Origin: Chiloscyllium plagiosum
Taxonomy: Eukaryota
Reading direction: 5' to 3'
NCBI RefSeq assembly: GCF_004010195.1
Contig: NC_057718.1
Coordinates: 20,040,351 to 20,104,350, forward strand
DNA: 64,000 bases
Below, one piece after another: positions 11,079 to 24,557 of the stretch. Numbering within the stretch: the stretch's first letter is position 1; every line of letters starts with the position of its first letter. The notes beneath the pieces are model-generated. The model saw nothing but the letters and a program-made list of their open reading frames with translations, searched no databases and had not been told where the DNA came from. The position numbers and the translations under genes are program-made.

Positions 11079-11788
11079 CTAAATTGGAAAAATAAAATTC
11101 AATTAAGATTGTCAAACATACAAAGGATATGCAGACAAGCAGATTTAATTATCAGTATGAATGCAATTAATATTGGTTGAACGCGTGACAAGATTTTGTA
11201 GCCAACTAAAGCACCTTGGAAATGTGCAGAATAGCCAATTAAAGTTGCATTGTTATTAGAATTACTCCGCTTGTTTTCATATCTTTTCCCAGTGCTCTTC
11301 CTTCTTTCATCAAAGTACCCTACAATCTGAAAAGTGGATATAATTTAACGTTTCTAAGAAGGGAGCAGGAATTCAACTGCTAATGATAGCAAATACTTCT
11401 GCTGCACGTAATTCCAAAGTCCAATAATAGATTTCAACCAAAGCAGAGCATGACAGTCAATCTTGTTATCCCCAGCTAGACAGGAAATAAATCAGTCAGA
11501 ATTCATGTTTCTAACAATCAGCTTGGAATTTCTGTTGGAAAGGAATGCTAATACGCATCAGGTAAGAATGCATCACCTGAGGCACTTCAGAATCAAACCG
11601 CCTGCCTAAATTGTCCATTTTACTTTCATGAAAATGGCCATTTTGGTGAAGCTACAAGATAACAGACATTTGGGAAAAAAAAGGAGTAAATGCATACCAG
11701 GAAGAAGAAAACTGCTCATAAAAAAAAGAATGTTTTATACAGCTCCAAACTACTGCAATATTACAATTATAATAAAAGGTTTATGTAC

Positions 11789-11888
11789 CAGAGTGCATTC
11801 GTTCAATGATAATAGACTGATGTGGTGGAGGCTGAAGTAGGTGAGAAGCATGGGAAATTGCTAGAGCTAGACCAGTTCCCAGAGGACT
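11789..11888 (-). CDS. BIRC6: BIRC6 coding exon (100 bp; SPLGTGLALAISHASHLLQPPPHQSIIIERMHS)
   Basis: Manually translated; tttttag| and TG|gtaca boundaries. Confidence 0.95.
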
Positions 11889-12679
11889 CTAAAAATAAAA
11901 AAAACACATTAACATCCAAAAATTAATAATTAAATAAAACATTATATGAAAAATACAGCCACTTGAGCTTCATTTACAAAGTCAACATACAAACCCCAAA
12001 TATATTTCTGTCAGCAAAAAGGTCAACTGAAACAAAAGTGAATCATGCCTACCCATTGAGTAGTATTATTTCATGCATTATGCATCAAACAAAGAATTAT
12101 GCACAACATGCAAATTACAATTCCCAAATTATTAACCTTTTATTGACTGCAAAGTGACACAAACATTGCACATAGCACTTCCACACTGCTCGAAAACTAT
12201 CACAAAAGAAAGTTATTTTTCTACATTAGTCAACCCAAAATTAACACAGCACTCTAATTGAGGCCTGATCATGCAATGTATCAATGTTCTCTTTAACTCA
12301 TCACTCTATATCCCTACTTATAAAACCCAAAATACTCTTGGCCTTTTCAAATTACATATTTTCACTGAATTATTAATTGAAACTCCTTCAGGATTCAAAA
12401 AAAGGGGACAATTAGCTCCAATTTTTTAACATGTGATTCAGGTCAATGCCATCAGCTCGGATCCAATTCCCATCCTACCAAGGTAAACGTAGGACCAGTC
12501 TCCCCGCCCTGCCCTCAAAATGCAACATCAAACCATCACTAACAAAAACTACCAAGAGAAACAGCTCAGGCTTCGGCATAGCAGGCAATGAACTGAAGTC
12601 ACACCTCTGGGCAGACCACATATGAAAGGAAAAATGTATTTAAACTCCTAAAACTCATTCAGTATCTTACTGATAAATT

Positions 12680-12990
12680 TATATTTGTAGGCAACAGCTG
12701 GATTTCTGCTAAATGTATAATAGAAAATATGTGACTGTACTAGAGAGAGTACAAAGAATTTTACAAGAATATTGTCTGGACAAGAAAATTTTACTTCTGA
12801 AGAAAGATTCAATCAACTAGGGTCTGTGGAAAGAAGAGGCTGAAAGCTTGCCAGGTGGAAACGTACAAAATCATAAGGAATTCCATCCAGTCGCTAAGAA
12901 AGCTCTATTCCTTGTGGATGAGGGCTAGTGGGATTAGACTCTATGACTACTTGACAGCTGGCACACACAATGGACAAGATAGTCTGTTAA
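12680..12990 (+). mobile_element. Highly decayed CR1 3' fragment
   Basis: ctagagagagtacaaagaattttacaagaatattg (LERVQRILQE-like, cf. LERVQKRFTRML) plus a 3' UTR remnant. Confidence 0.5.
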
Positions 12991-13466
12991 TATAAATTTC
13001 TCTAGTTTCCAATTTTTCTTCTAAAATCCATGATTTTAGATCTGGCAGCAAATTGTTATCCTGTTCTCCCTGCATCCAAATACAAATTTAAATCATCAAC
13101 ATGAACAAAGTGGGTCTGGCACTGCCCACAGATTTATATCATTTGCTATTATTCTCCATCTGAAGTTAATATCTGCTAATGCTAATTATTTGTTTCTCAC
13201 CCAACAATTTCTATCTATGATGCTGCATTTCCACAAAGTGATTGTTACAAGATTCTTGTAAATCATCCTGAAATGCCTTGCAAAAACCAATGTTGAACCT
13301 AATCAGTGAGTTAATTCAGCTAATTGCAAAAGGCAGTCAGTTTTTAAAAAAGGTTAATTGCAATTGTGCGCAATTGATGTTTAACAGATTCTAAAAACCT
13401 ACATATATTTAAATATGCACAGGAATTTGAAAAATATGTACATTAGTGGGATATTCCCAAACATAC

Positions 13467-13784
13467 CGCTTTGGTCTTGTTGGTATTTTTTGAATGAATG
13501 GCCACAGTAACAGGATGAGGATCAATAACTGAGCCAGGAAAGAGCTGTGCTAACTCTGCACTGATTGCTGCAGAAACTGCCTCATTGGGTGGTGTTAATG
13601 GCGGAGTCATGAACAATGGCGTTGTTTTGGGAGTGGGTGGAATGACATCAGCAGGGTGTATAAAAAAGCCAGGTGCTGTGGAGGCACTAGAAGGCACAGA
13701 GTTGTGAACAGGTCCGACTCCAGGTGCTGACGCTGCTACTGCTGCTGCCGTAGTCTGATGCAACTTGGCTTCCAGCTTGGCCTT
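13467..13784 (-). CDS. BIRC6: BIRC6 coding exon (318 bp; KAKLEAKLHQTTAAA...IPPTPKTTPLFMTPPLTPPNE...KNTNKTKA)
   Basis: taacag| and GCG|gtatg boundaries; phase 0-0. Confidence 0.95.
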
Positions 13785-14133
13785 CTGTTATATTTAAGAA
13801 AAAGAGTAATTCATTAACCTACCTTATTGCATTGGGTTGTCAATTACAAGTTAGTAAAAAAAACACAAAAAAATGAGATTTTGTTTTTCGAGTCTGAGCT
13901 TGTGAGAAGAAACTACCCCATTTACCATCTATATTCACACTAGGTTTGTCCATGATCAACAGTAACATAAAAATACTCATTTCATTTGTGCATCAGAATG
14001 CTGCTAAACATTTTGCTGATTATGAAGAATAAAAGGTAACATACTTCAATTTACAAGCATACAGCAAAACTGTGGCCAAAATTTAATAATGGCTTCTAAA
14101 AGCAACAAATAGAATTAAATTAGCACCACTCAC

Positions 14134-14321
14134 CTGTTGCTGAAGTTTTAGCAACTGTTGTTGTTTCTCCTGCAGAACCTGTAGCTGTTGCTCTGCTGAG
14201 GCCATTGCATGGGAAAGGGACTGAAGGGCTACTTGAGCTGCTGAACTCAGGGCTGTTGAGGCCTCTCCTACTGTGCCAGTTGTAAGTCCACCCACTGCTG
14301 TTGTAAGCCCAAAGCCAGTCA
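14134..14321 (-). CDS. BIRC6: BIRC6 coding exon (188 bp; TGFGLTTAVGG...AMASAEQQLQVLQEKQQQLLKLQQQ), coiled-coil segment
   Basis: gtttag| and CAG|gtgag boundaries; in ORF 14083..14346. Confidence 0.95.
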
Positions 14322-14679
14322 CTAAACAACAGGAAAGCAGAAACATTTGCAGTTTTTAAAAATAATTTATATTTTGATTTGAAAGAAAAATGTTTCAGAA
14401 GGGGAATTATACCAGATTCCAAATGATAATCCTATGTCTCTCTATAGGTGGTGCCTGACCTGCTGAGTTTCTCCAATGTTCGATGTTTGTTTTAGGCTGC
14501 TGCTTAAATGATCTGCTGGCAACAATGAGGATACTGGGGTCCACTACATGTCTTCTTTGCCATTGAACATTAAAAAAAAATGAATCCAACTGCATGGTCA
14601 CTTATCTCAACAGTGACTATTTACATCCACATTTGTTTTGGGACATTAATTTAATTAGTGGATGAGACTGAGGATGGTC

Positions 14680-17280
14680 ATACTATAGGCCCCCTCCAAT
14701 AGTCAGTGGAAAACTAAGGAGCAAATATGGAGGAAGACCTCATATCTAAGAATAATAGGGTTGCATAGCTGGGGCTTTTTAACTTTCCAACAATAGACTG
14801 GGACTGGCATAGTGTTAAGGGCTTGAATTGGGAGGAATGTGTAAAGTGCGTTCATTAAAATTTTCTTCATCAGTATGTAAATATACCTATGTGAAAAGGA
14901 GCAAAACTCTTCTCTTGGGAAATAAGGTAGGGCAAGTAAATGAGGTGTTACAGGGGTGCACTCTGGGATCAGTGACCATAATTCTATTAGTTATGAAAAA
15001 GGATAGGCCTTGTATAAAAGTTCAAGTTTAAATTCAGAGCACAACCAACTTTGACATGAGACATGAACTTTGAAAAGTTGATTGGGATAGGCTATTCGCA
15101 GATAAAGGGAGACAGCCAAATGGGAGGTTTTCAAAAGTGAGATAATGAAGAGTTCAGAGACAGCATGTTCCTGTTCGAGTGAAGAGCAAGGCTGTTGAAG
15201 TAGAAACATTGGATATCTAGAGATGTTGAGGTTCTGGTCAAAGACAAGGAGGCAATGAGCTGCCAGAGGAAGTGGTGGAGGCTGATACATTTACAACATT
15301 TAAAAGGCACTGACGGGTACATGAACAAGAAAGGTTTAGAGGATTATGGGCCAAATGCTGGCAAATGAGACTAGATGAATTTAGGTTGTCTGGTCGGCAT
15401 GGACAAGTTGCATGAGAGGGTCTGTTTCCCTGCTGTACATCTCTATTACTCACGTATAGACAGCTGGGATCAAGTGAATCCCTTAAGGAGTAGGGGCATA
15501 TTTAAGGGGAAAATCAGGAAGGCAAAAAGGGGATATGAGATAGCTTTGGAGATAAGGGTTAAGGAGAATCATAAGCGATTCTACAAGTGCATTAAGGACA
15601 AAACAGAAACTAGGGGGAGAACAAGGCTCCTTAAAAAATCGACAAGGCATTTACGTTGGAATCACATGGGATAGGTGAGTTACTAAACAAATATTTCACA
15701 TTAGTATTTACTGTGGAGAAAGACATGGAAGGTAGGAAACTTGGGGCAAATATTCATTTCTTGAAAACAGTCCACATTATAGAGGTGGTGGTGCTGGACA
15801 TCTTAAAATGCATAAAGCTAGATGAATCGCTGGGACTTGATCAAGTGTATCCCAGGACATGATGGAAAGCTAGGGAAAAAAGTTGCAGGGCACGTGGCAG
15901 AGATGTTCACATCATTCACAGCCACAGTGAGGTGCTGGAGGATGGCTAATGTTGTGTCTTTATTTAGCAAAGGCTACAAGGAAAAGCCAGGGAACTACAG
16001 AGTGGCGAGTCTGATGCCAATGGTGGGTAAGTTGCTGGAGCAGATTCTGAGAGACAGGATTTACATTTGAAGAGGTAAGAACTGTTTAGGGATAGTCAGA
16101 GTGGCTTTCTGCATGGGAAATTGCGTCTCAAACTTAATTGAGTTTTTTGAGGATCCAACCAAGAGGATAGAGTACAGACCTGCAGACCTTATCTGCATGG
16201 ACTTTAGCAAGGTCTTCATCAAGATTCCAAATGATAGATTAGTTAGTAAATTAGATCACATGGAATCTAGGGAGAGCTTGCAAATTGGATACAAAATTGG
16301 CTTGACAGTAGGAGATAGAGGATGGTGGGAGAGGATTCCACAGGGATCAGTGCTGGGGGTCCACTTTGCTCAACATTTGTATAAATTATTTGAATGAGAA
16401 TATCGGAAGCATGTTTGTAAGTTTGCAGATGACACCAAAATTGATGGCATGGTAGACAGAGAAGGATCCAGCCAAGAGTCATTGATCAGCTGGGTCATTG
16501 AGCCGAGATAAATGCAAGGTATTGCATTTTGGTAAGACAATCAGGGTAGGACTTACACAGTTAATGGTAGGGCTCTGGGCAGCATGTCAAACAGAGACCT
16601 CGGGGCACAGGTACATAGTTCCTTGAAAGTGGCATCACAGGTAGACAGGGTGGTGAAGACGGCATTTGGTTTCATTGGTCAGATTTCAGGACAGGAGTTA
16701 GGACATCATGTTGCAGATGTACAGGACATTGGTGAGGCCACTTTTGGAGTACTGCATATAGTTCTGGTTACCCTGCTATAGGAAGGATGTTATTAAATTG
16801 TAAAGGGTGCAGATAAGATTTACGAGAACATTACTGGGTCTGGAAAGTTTGAGTTATAAGGAGAGACTGGATAGGCTGGGATTTATTTTTCCCTGGAGTG
16901 CAGGAGATTGAGGGGTGACCTTATAGAGGTTTATAAAATCCTGAGACATGGATAAGGTGAATACCAAAGCGCTTTTCCCCAAGATAGAAGACTTCAAAAT
17001 TATAGGACGTAAGTTTAAAAGTGTGAAGGGAAAGATTTAAAAGGGACCTGAGGGGCAACCTTTTTATAGAGGATGATGCATGAATGGAATGAGCTGCCAG
17101 AGGAAGTGCAGAGGCAAGTATAGTTACAACATTTAAAAGACATTTGGACAGGTACACGAATAGGAAAGGTTTAGAGGGATATGGGCCAAATGCAGGCAAT
17201 GGGACTAGTTTGGCTTGGGAAACCTATGAGGCATGGACAAGTTGAACCAATGGGTCTGCTTCTGTGCTATATGACTATGC
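14680..17280 (+). mobile_element. Decayed CR1 LINE (EN-RT-3' UTR) with a nested CR1 3' fragment at ~15255-15451
   Basis: Peptides KPGNYRVASL, CMDFSKVF, IPQGSVLG, FADDTK; ends ctgtgctatatgactatg. Confidence 0.9.
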
Positions 17281-17439
17281 TCCTTGGGAAAATAAGAGTT
17301 AGCAATTTCACATGCCTTTTGGCAATTTCCATTTGGCAGCATGGGGAGGTTAACCCAGGACATTTGGTCACATGGAATAGGTGGCCAGGTTCCATAGAAA
17401 TGAGCATCTCTATTCATCACTTAGTATTTCACAACCTAC

Positions 17440-17574
17440 TTGCATCATCTCTCTCCACTCTTGTGCCATCACTTGTTGAAATGCAACTGAAGTGCAGAGG
17501 TTCCACTTCCAAGAGTCCAGTCAGAGCTGTGAAACTGCCCTCTGCTGCAGCACAATTGCTCATCTTTCCATTCC
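17440..17574 (-). CDS. BIRC6: BIRC6 coding exon (135 bp; NGKMSNCAAAEGSFTALTGLLEVEPLHFSCISTSDGTRVERDDA)
   Basis: Manually translated; ctgcag| and CAA|gtagg boundaries; phase 1-1. Confidence 0.94.
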
Positions 17575-18580
17575 CTGCAGAAGAGTCAATACTTACAATT
17601 AGGTGTTTGCCTTACATTTGATAACATATAGAAGCAGAAAACAAAAATCAAATCAGAGAGTTAAAAAAGGTGCAACACCAGTTAATAAACATTCAAAACC
17701 AGGCTATCTAATTTGACGAGAAAGTTTTACAGAATGAAATGAAAGATCTAGCTTCAAGAAGAAAAAGTGACATTTTCATTAATCAAATACTTTCAGACAA
17801 TGGAATCAAAGTTATTGGAATTTTTACCTCTACAAAATAAGGGTCAAATTGTAAGTATATTGAAATGGATATTTCAATACAAAGTTGCCTGAATATAGCA
17901 GAACTTAGTGGCACTAAGTCAGTAAACTTTAACCACATTTTGAATCTATATACAGATAATTTGATCGTTTAAAATTACTGAATTTATGTTTCCTATCCAC
18001 AAAATTATCTTAATGTGTGATTTGATGTGTGGTTCTCTTGGTACTTTGAACAACATTGATATGACTTAAGGAAAATGATGTTGATTGATGTTGTACAACT
18101 AAGAATATTGCAAATTATGGAAAGATATTACAAAACTCTAGATTCTGTAAAGTACTGGGGATGTGGATGTCACGAAATCTGCTCTGTTGGTACACCAGCT
18201 ATTTCTTACATATCATGCAACTTCAACTTGAGGATTCACAATTTGCACAAGGCTGGCTTTGAAAAGGAAGGGGAATGAAAAATCCACATAATTCAAAAAC
18301 TCTATTCTGATCTCAGCCAGCAAGCCTGCATCACAGATTAACTGGCATACATGCTTCTGGAACAACAGGGTAATAACTACTCAAGTAATATAAGAAAGTT
18401 CACCTCAATACTGCAGTGCTGCCATACTTGCCTGCATTACGCAAGCAGCAATAGTATCATATAAACATAACAATAAAATACAGAAGTGCAAAATAAAACT
18501 TAAGTTCGCAGGTTGTACCGCAACAAAAAAATGCTTTTGCAAGTTTTGTTTGAACTACCAACATAGTAAATCTCAACAAT

Positions 18581-18710
18581 GAAAACAAAAATTGCTGGGA
18601 AAAACTCAGCAAGTCTGGCAGCATCTTTGGTGACAAAGCAGAGTTAACGTTTCGGGTCCCAATGCTGCCAGGCCTGATGAGCTTTTCTAGCAATTTCTGG
18701 TTTTGTTTCA
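18581..18710. mobile_element. Short Penelope-derived fold-back element
   Basis: Inverted arms 18581-18624 / 18662-18708; the left arm continues into ttaacgtttcgggtccc, the reverse complement of a hammerhead 3' half. Confidence 0.65.
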
Positions 18711-19292
18711 TTTCCAGTTTTTTATTTAATAAATACAAACTTTGTGCATAATATCACTCAGAACTGTTTTGCAAAGCATGTGCATAAGAAGCTTATTTAT
18801 GGCAACTGATTTGGACAGCAAATGCATTTGCATCGATTATATCCAATTCTTCATTGAATAAAGACAGGACAGTCTCATTCTTTCTGGCCCTCACAGAATG
18901 GGGGGACCATCATAGTCGGGGAAAGCCTCCATAGTCCAGCTGATATTTAGCTTCCTATCAATTTCACATGTGAGCAATCTTAATCGAATAAACCAAAGTT
19001 TGTATTCGGTCTCACTTCCATCAGGCAAAGCAGGTTGACAGAACAGTGTAGTGAACCAAAGCTTACCTGTACATCAATAATTCTCTCCATATGCATTTTT
19101 ATATTATCAGCAAACAGGATATTATTGTGCTAAACTCTTTCCTTGAACACCACATTGAACAAATTATCAGCATTATCCACATTAAAATTTAAAAGTGATT
19201 AGGGAAATGACGAATCAGCACAATTCAGTTCAAGCATTTACAGTAAATTCAAATTTACTAGCTTCAGCAGACATCATCATTTGAACTCTTAC

Positions 19293-19426
19293 CTGATAGT
19301 ACATCAGAGAGATCTATTTCATCAGATTGTACACACGAGCTGCTATTACAGGCATTTTTGCAGGATGAACCACCCATTTCTAAATCGAACAGAACTGGAT
19401 CAAAGGGTGAGCTGTACAAACCATAT
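19293..19426 (-). CDS. BIRC6: BIRC6 coding exon (134 bp; YGLYSSPFDPVLFDLEM...QSDEIDLSDVLS)
   Basis: ttttcag| and CAG|gtaag boundaries; in ORF 19264..19506. Confidence 0.96.
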
Positions 19427-19977
19427 CTGAAAATTTGGGAAAAGTATGAGTGCCAAACATGAAAAACTAGGAAGAAAATAATGAAAACAGAAATATCTGC
19501 CAACAATCAGTGACTAAAAAACAAATTGCTGGAAAAAAAATTGTTGCTGAAGCTGGTCATCTTGCACTAATCAGGACAGAATCACAAGAATATCAGGGCA
19601 AAAAAAAGATGGAATTCTGAATCATCCATGGTTCCCCTCGCTAATTGTTAACCAGTGGCTGCTGTTTTTAAGTGTTAATAAAAAGACAGTGACATAGGCT
19701 TTGTCTCTCACATGGCATTCTGACAAAGTTTGGGGACTCGATCAGCCTTAATCTACTAAATAGTGTAATAAGCTAAATAAGCTATATGGTCATTCCTCCA
19801 ATTCCTTCTGATCTTATATTCCCATTGTTCAATACCTGGAACTGTCTATAAAGTATGAAGGAAATATTAGAGAACCATCGATTGTCCATGAACCTACCTT
19901 GTAGACAAAAAATCACTACAACAGGAAAAAATTGAAGAGGAGAAAACTGGCTAAACAAATCTCCCATCAATTGTTCA

Positions 19978-21148
19978 ACTTGAGCCTGACATCTGCAGTG
20001 GGCAAGTTGTTGGAGGGTATCCTGAGGGACAGGATGTACATGTATTTGGAAAGGCAAGGACTGATTAAGGATAGTCAACATGGCTTTGTGCATGGGAAAT
20101 CATGTCTCACAAACTTGATTGAGTTTTTGAACAAGTAACAAAGAGGATTGATGAGGGCAGAGCGGTAGACATGATCTATATGGACTTTAGTAAAGCGTTC
20201 AACAAGGTTCCCCAGGGGAGACTGGTGAGCAAGATTAGATCTCACGGAATACAGGGAGAACTAGCTATTTGGATACAGTCTCAAAGGTAGAAGACAGAGA
20301 GTGGTGGTGGAGGGTTGTTTTTCAGACTGGAGGCCTGTGACCAGTGAAATGCCACAAGGATTGGTGCTGGGTCGACTACTTTTCACAATTTATATAAATG
20401 ATTTGGATATGGGCATAAGAGGTATAGTTAGTCAGTTTGCAGATGACACCAAAAATTGGAGGTGTAGTGGACAGTGAAGAAGGTTACCTCAGATTACAAT
20501 GAGATCTTGATCAGATGGACCAATGGGCTGAGGAGTGGCAGATGGAGTTTAATTTAGATAAATGCGAGGCCCTGTATTTTGGGAAAGCAAATCTTAGCAA
20601 GACTTATACACTTAAATGGTAAGGTCCTAGCGAGTGTTGCTGAACAAAGAGACCTTGGAGTGCAGGTTCAGAGCTCCTTGAAAGCAGAGTCGCAGGTAGA
20701 TAGGATAGGTAAAGGCAGTATTTGGGATGCTTTCTTTTATTGGTCAGAGTATTGAGTACAGGAGTTGGGAGGTCAACTTCCAGCTGTACAGGACATTAGT
20801 TAGGCCACCTTTGGAATATTGCATGCAATTCTAGACTCCTTGCTATCAGATGATTGTTGTGAAACTTGAAGGGGGTTCAGAAAAGATTTACAAGGATGTT
20901 GCCAGGATTGGAGGATTTGAGCCAGAGCGAGAGGTTGGATATTCGGGGGCTATTTTCCCTGGAGCTGAGGGGTGACCATATAGAGGTTTACAAAATCTTG
21001 AGGGGCGTGGACAGGATAAATAGACCCTGGGGTGGGGGAGTCCAGAACTAGAGGGCAAATGGGATTAGATTAGGTTGGGATATCTGGTCGGCATGGACTA
21101 GTTGGACCAAAGGGTCTGTTTCCGTGCTGTACATCTCAATGATTCTAT
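19978..21148 (+). mobile_element. 5'-truncated CR1 LINE (RT + 3' UTR), same subfamily as 48075-51742
   Basis: SLTSAVGKLLEGILRDRMY...QHGFVHGKSCLTNLIEF, FADDTK, VQKRFTRMLPGL; internal deletion near 21058. Confidence 0.92.
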
Positions 21149-21269
21149 AACATTTACAATAACAATATGATGCATTAGCATTGGAATATATGAAAGACAA
21201 AAACAATGGCATTTTATCAAGACACAGACAAGTTGAGTTTGCCAACAGCTTGGAGAAAATACAAGATGC

Positions 21270-23200
21270 TGAACTGCTCATGTTGTGTGAGTGTGGTTCA
21301 CATCTTAAATGTTAATCTCCATTAAACCTGGTCAATCATTGACGACGCTCTATGGATTGCCAACTTGACATACTGGAGTAGCTTGCACACTGTGATGACC
21401 TGTTAGGAGATCCTTGCTCATGCCTTCTCGGAAAGGAACAGCTGATAGAACAAAGAAGGGAATATGCCTTCTATTAGAAAGGCAAGGCTGACAGCAATCT
21501 TTGATTTCAAGATTTGTTTTTTGCCATCCGGATCTTGGATGCACTGCCAGAAATACACAATTGTATAAATGAAATGCTCATGACACTTCTGTTCAGCTGC
21601 AATCAATATGCCAATCATCAATGATTATGTCCTGACACTACGAGGATAAAGATATTAAGAAAAATTTCTACTCTAACCTTCGTAGCATTCATTGCCACTC
21701 CAAAGTAAAGATCATCCTTATGGTGGACCTTAATGCCAGTGTTGACAGGACACCAATGTCTGGAGAGATATCCACTGAGAAAAATAGCATGACAAAAACC
21801 AAGTGGTGCCTTCAGCATGGCCTCATTATAACAAAAGTAGTCTTCCGCCAGAAGGACAAATGCAAAACTATATAGAGATAATCTGCATCAAAGCTTTGAC
21901 AACTACTGATTTATGTCTTTGTTCCAGTCAACAATCTAAGGGATACTGGTTTCATTTCAACCAGGCAGGGAACTCATACCTGCTGGGCAAAGCATTAGTT
22001 TGTTCAACTGGCACTGGAACTCCACCTAACACAAAGGAATTTCAAGAACCAAAGATCTAAGAGAAAGATGACCAACAACTCAATCCTAAAATAACCTGAC
22101 CGAGAAAGGAATTCCCAAAGCAGCTTACAGCCAATCCAAAAAAACCTCACACACCTGCCTTACTTCAGAAGTGGAATCAACCATACTAGAGACCAGTGTG
22201 CAACTCACCGTGCTTGAGCACTGTCATCACCAGGACTAGTTCAATGAAAATAACATAGAAATATGCAAAGTCCAAGAACTCAAGAAACCTTCATTGCCTA
22301 ATGGAGCAACATAAATTGAATCAAGGCGTAACATTCCAATAACTCAAGATTTACACCCAAAGACAGATCTGGAAGATAAGAGGCCAGTAGTTGGAAGAGA
22401 AAACCTAATAGAAGTAGCAGTATGCCAATCGTCAAGATACGCCTTTTCAAAGCCATTAAGCAATCATGATCAAATGGATGTTATACTCTTGACTCTTAGG
22501 ATACCAGCCCTTAAATGTTGCCAAAACAAAGCTTAAACTAACCCAGACCTGACCAGTCAAATATGCCACCTCCCACATACACTGATGCAGAGACAAAGCA
22601 GTAGATCACTTTCCATATCTTGGCAGCCATTTCTGAAAAGCCCATCAGCAATGAGATCATTCAATATCACATCAGCTGCACCAGTTCAGCTTTCTACAAT
22701 CTATGGCAACAAGTGTTTGAGAACAAAAATATCTGCAAGTCAGCATAAGTCCTAGTGTACAGAACAGCTGTTGTCACCACACTGCTGTACTGCAGTCAAA
22801 CTTTGACTGTATAGCAACAACATAGGAATGCCACCAGCAATGCCTACACGTCAGACTCTCGATGTAACAGGTGGACTATTGAACAAATTCAGGCAAAACT
22901 CCTGCAAAGCTGACCACGACAAATCTAACAGTCCAGACGGCTATAAAGCCTCACCCACCAGGTCCTGCTTTCTCAACTCTCAAAAGGCTAGCATTCCAAG
23001 ACAGGAAAAAAATGATATTACAATGGCATTCTGAGGCACTCCTTCAAGTGTGGCAGCATTGAAATTGACTCGAGCAGCTTGCAACCATTGTTCAGAATGG
23101 TGAAAAGTCATCCATCGACATGCATTGTCCTTTTTGTCCAAATGACTTAACAATGAGGCAGAGTGACAACAGAGAAGTAAACCCTGTACTTCTGAAGTCC
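21270..23200 (+). mobile_element. Old, fragmented RTE-clade LINE remnant
   Basis: Degenerate motifs read by eye: YGLP..LH.D, VDHFPYLGS (22600-22626), VYRTAVVTTLLYCS (22755-22797); many stops; clade assignment inferred. Confidence 0.5.
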
Positions 23201-23589
23201 ACTGCATCATGGGGCATTAAATGAAATAAATTTTAAAAATCACTTGCACACCAGTAAATCAAATAAATTTTAGGCTGTAAAATGATATTCCATATTATTC
23301 TTTACAATTGGGTTATCTTCTCAAATCAGTGCAATTGAACAGTTGCACTAGAAACCAAAACCTTCAAAATTTCTTTTACACTAAATAGATGCCACTTGTT
23401 AATTAACTTAAAAGAGCAAAAAAATGCCATGAAAAATAAGAGCTCTAAAAGAAACACAGGAGCGATAGAAAATCAACAATATATTATAGAAATAAATTTC
23501 AGGTTTGCCCAAAATCCTAAAACATATTTTAAAAAGCTTTGAAAAACATTCAGAATTTTACTTGAAAACTAGTTTCAGTTCCCCATTGC

Positions 23590-24200
23590 ATTCTTTTTAG
23601 TATTATTTCATGGGTTCAACCATAACTGTCTGATGTGAAGGCAGCTGTGATTTGCTTTCTTGAACCACTGTATTCTCTGGTAAAACAACACCCAACTAAG
23701 GGAATGCAGGAATTTTTTCCTCAGTGGCAGCGAAGGAACAATAATGTAATTCCAAACAGAGATTGTATATAATTTAAAGCAGGGGTAGTACGCCAATCCA
23801 CCAACTGCTTTTGTCCTTTGGGTGGCATAGGTCACTAATTTGGAATGTGCTGTTGAAGGGGCTTTGGTGAGATCCTGCATTGCATCTTGGGTATAGTACA
23901 CAATGCCACTATGAGCTTTAATTAGCAGGATGGGATATTGATCAAGCAGGCTACTTTTTGCTGAATTGAAAACATTTCTTTGCTCTAATCAACCTGTTCG
24001 GAAATGTTATAACACACTTCTGAAGCAGGTGAGACTTGAACCTCAGCCTCCCAGTGCAGAGGTAGGAGCACTATCACCAAGCCACAAGAGGGCCTCTATT
24101 ATGCTGAGCTTCGAGAATATTGTTGGAATCACATTGATCCAGGCAAGGGAAGACTTATCTTGCAATTTGCTTCCTTTGTAGTTCATTGCAGCTCAACCCT
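23590..24200 (-). mobile_element. LINE (CR1/L2 group) 3' fragment with an inserted SINE head at ~23990-24095
   Basis: Similar to 43030-43470 (gcttcttgaacc.ctg.a, gaaggaac...ttccaa, tgcatcttg...acac.gcc.ct). Confidence 0.55.
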
Positions 24201-24409
24201 ACCAAACTTAACTCTCAGACCAAAAGTTTCTACTTAACCATTTTCAGGATTAGCTTCATCCAATTCAAAATTTTAGTTTCTGTTAAGTAGCAAAAATTAC
24301 AGAACTGTAAATTGTCTTGTGTCAGTAAACTTAGAGAGTCACTATTTAATGTAGAATTATCTCCAGTTTCATGACGAATTCCTTTTGCTGTTATATTATT
24401 TTCACAAAC

Positions 24410-24557
24410 CTGGTCTGAAGTAACGCTTCAAGAGGCGTGAGCCGGTCCTGAAGCTGTTTAGACACTGCAGTGAGAAGAGATGCACAAACTGTACTGCATC
24501 CAGCCAGATCTTCATCCTTGACATAGTTCAGTAGTACAAAGTACCAGAACACAGAAC
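24410..24557 (-). CDS. BIRC6: BIRC6 coding exon (148 bp; SVFWYFVLLNYVKDEDLAGCSTVCASLLTAVSKQLQDRLTPLEALLQT)
   Basis: Manually translated; aacag| and AG|gtttg boundaries. Confidence 0.95.

Noticed and set aside
17428..17440. 12-nt donor extension equivalent to the recalled mammalian DDA-STFT-VSSFG variant
   Set aside because: No GT at the +12 position here (gtaggttgtgaa-at), so not supported at this site
17181..17621. 146-aa plus-strand ORF antisense to a BIRC6 exon
   Set aside because: Begins inside a CR1 3' UTR and runs antisense over a coding exon; no homology or splice support
18674..18680. CTGATGA as a hammerhead core or C-box
   Set aside because: Aligns to ctgctgag in sister copies, so a point mutation; not followed by stem II and GAAA
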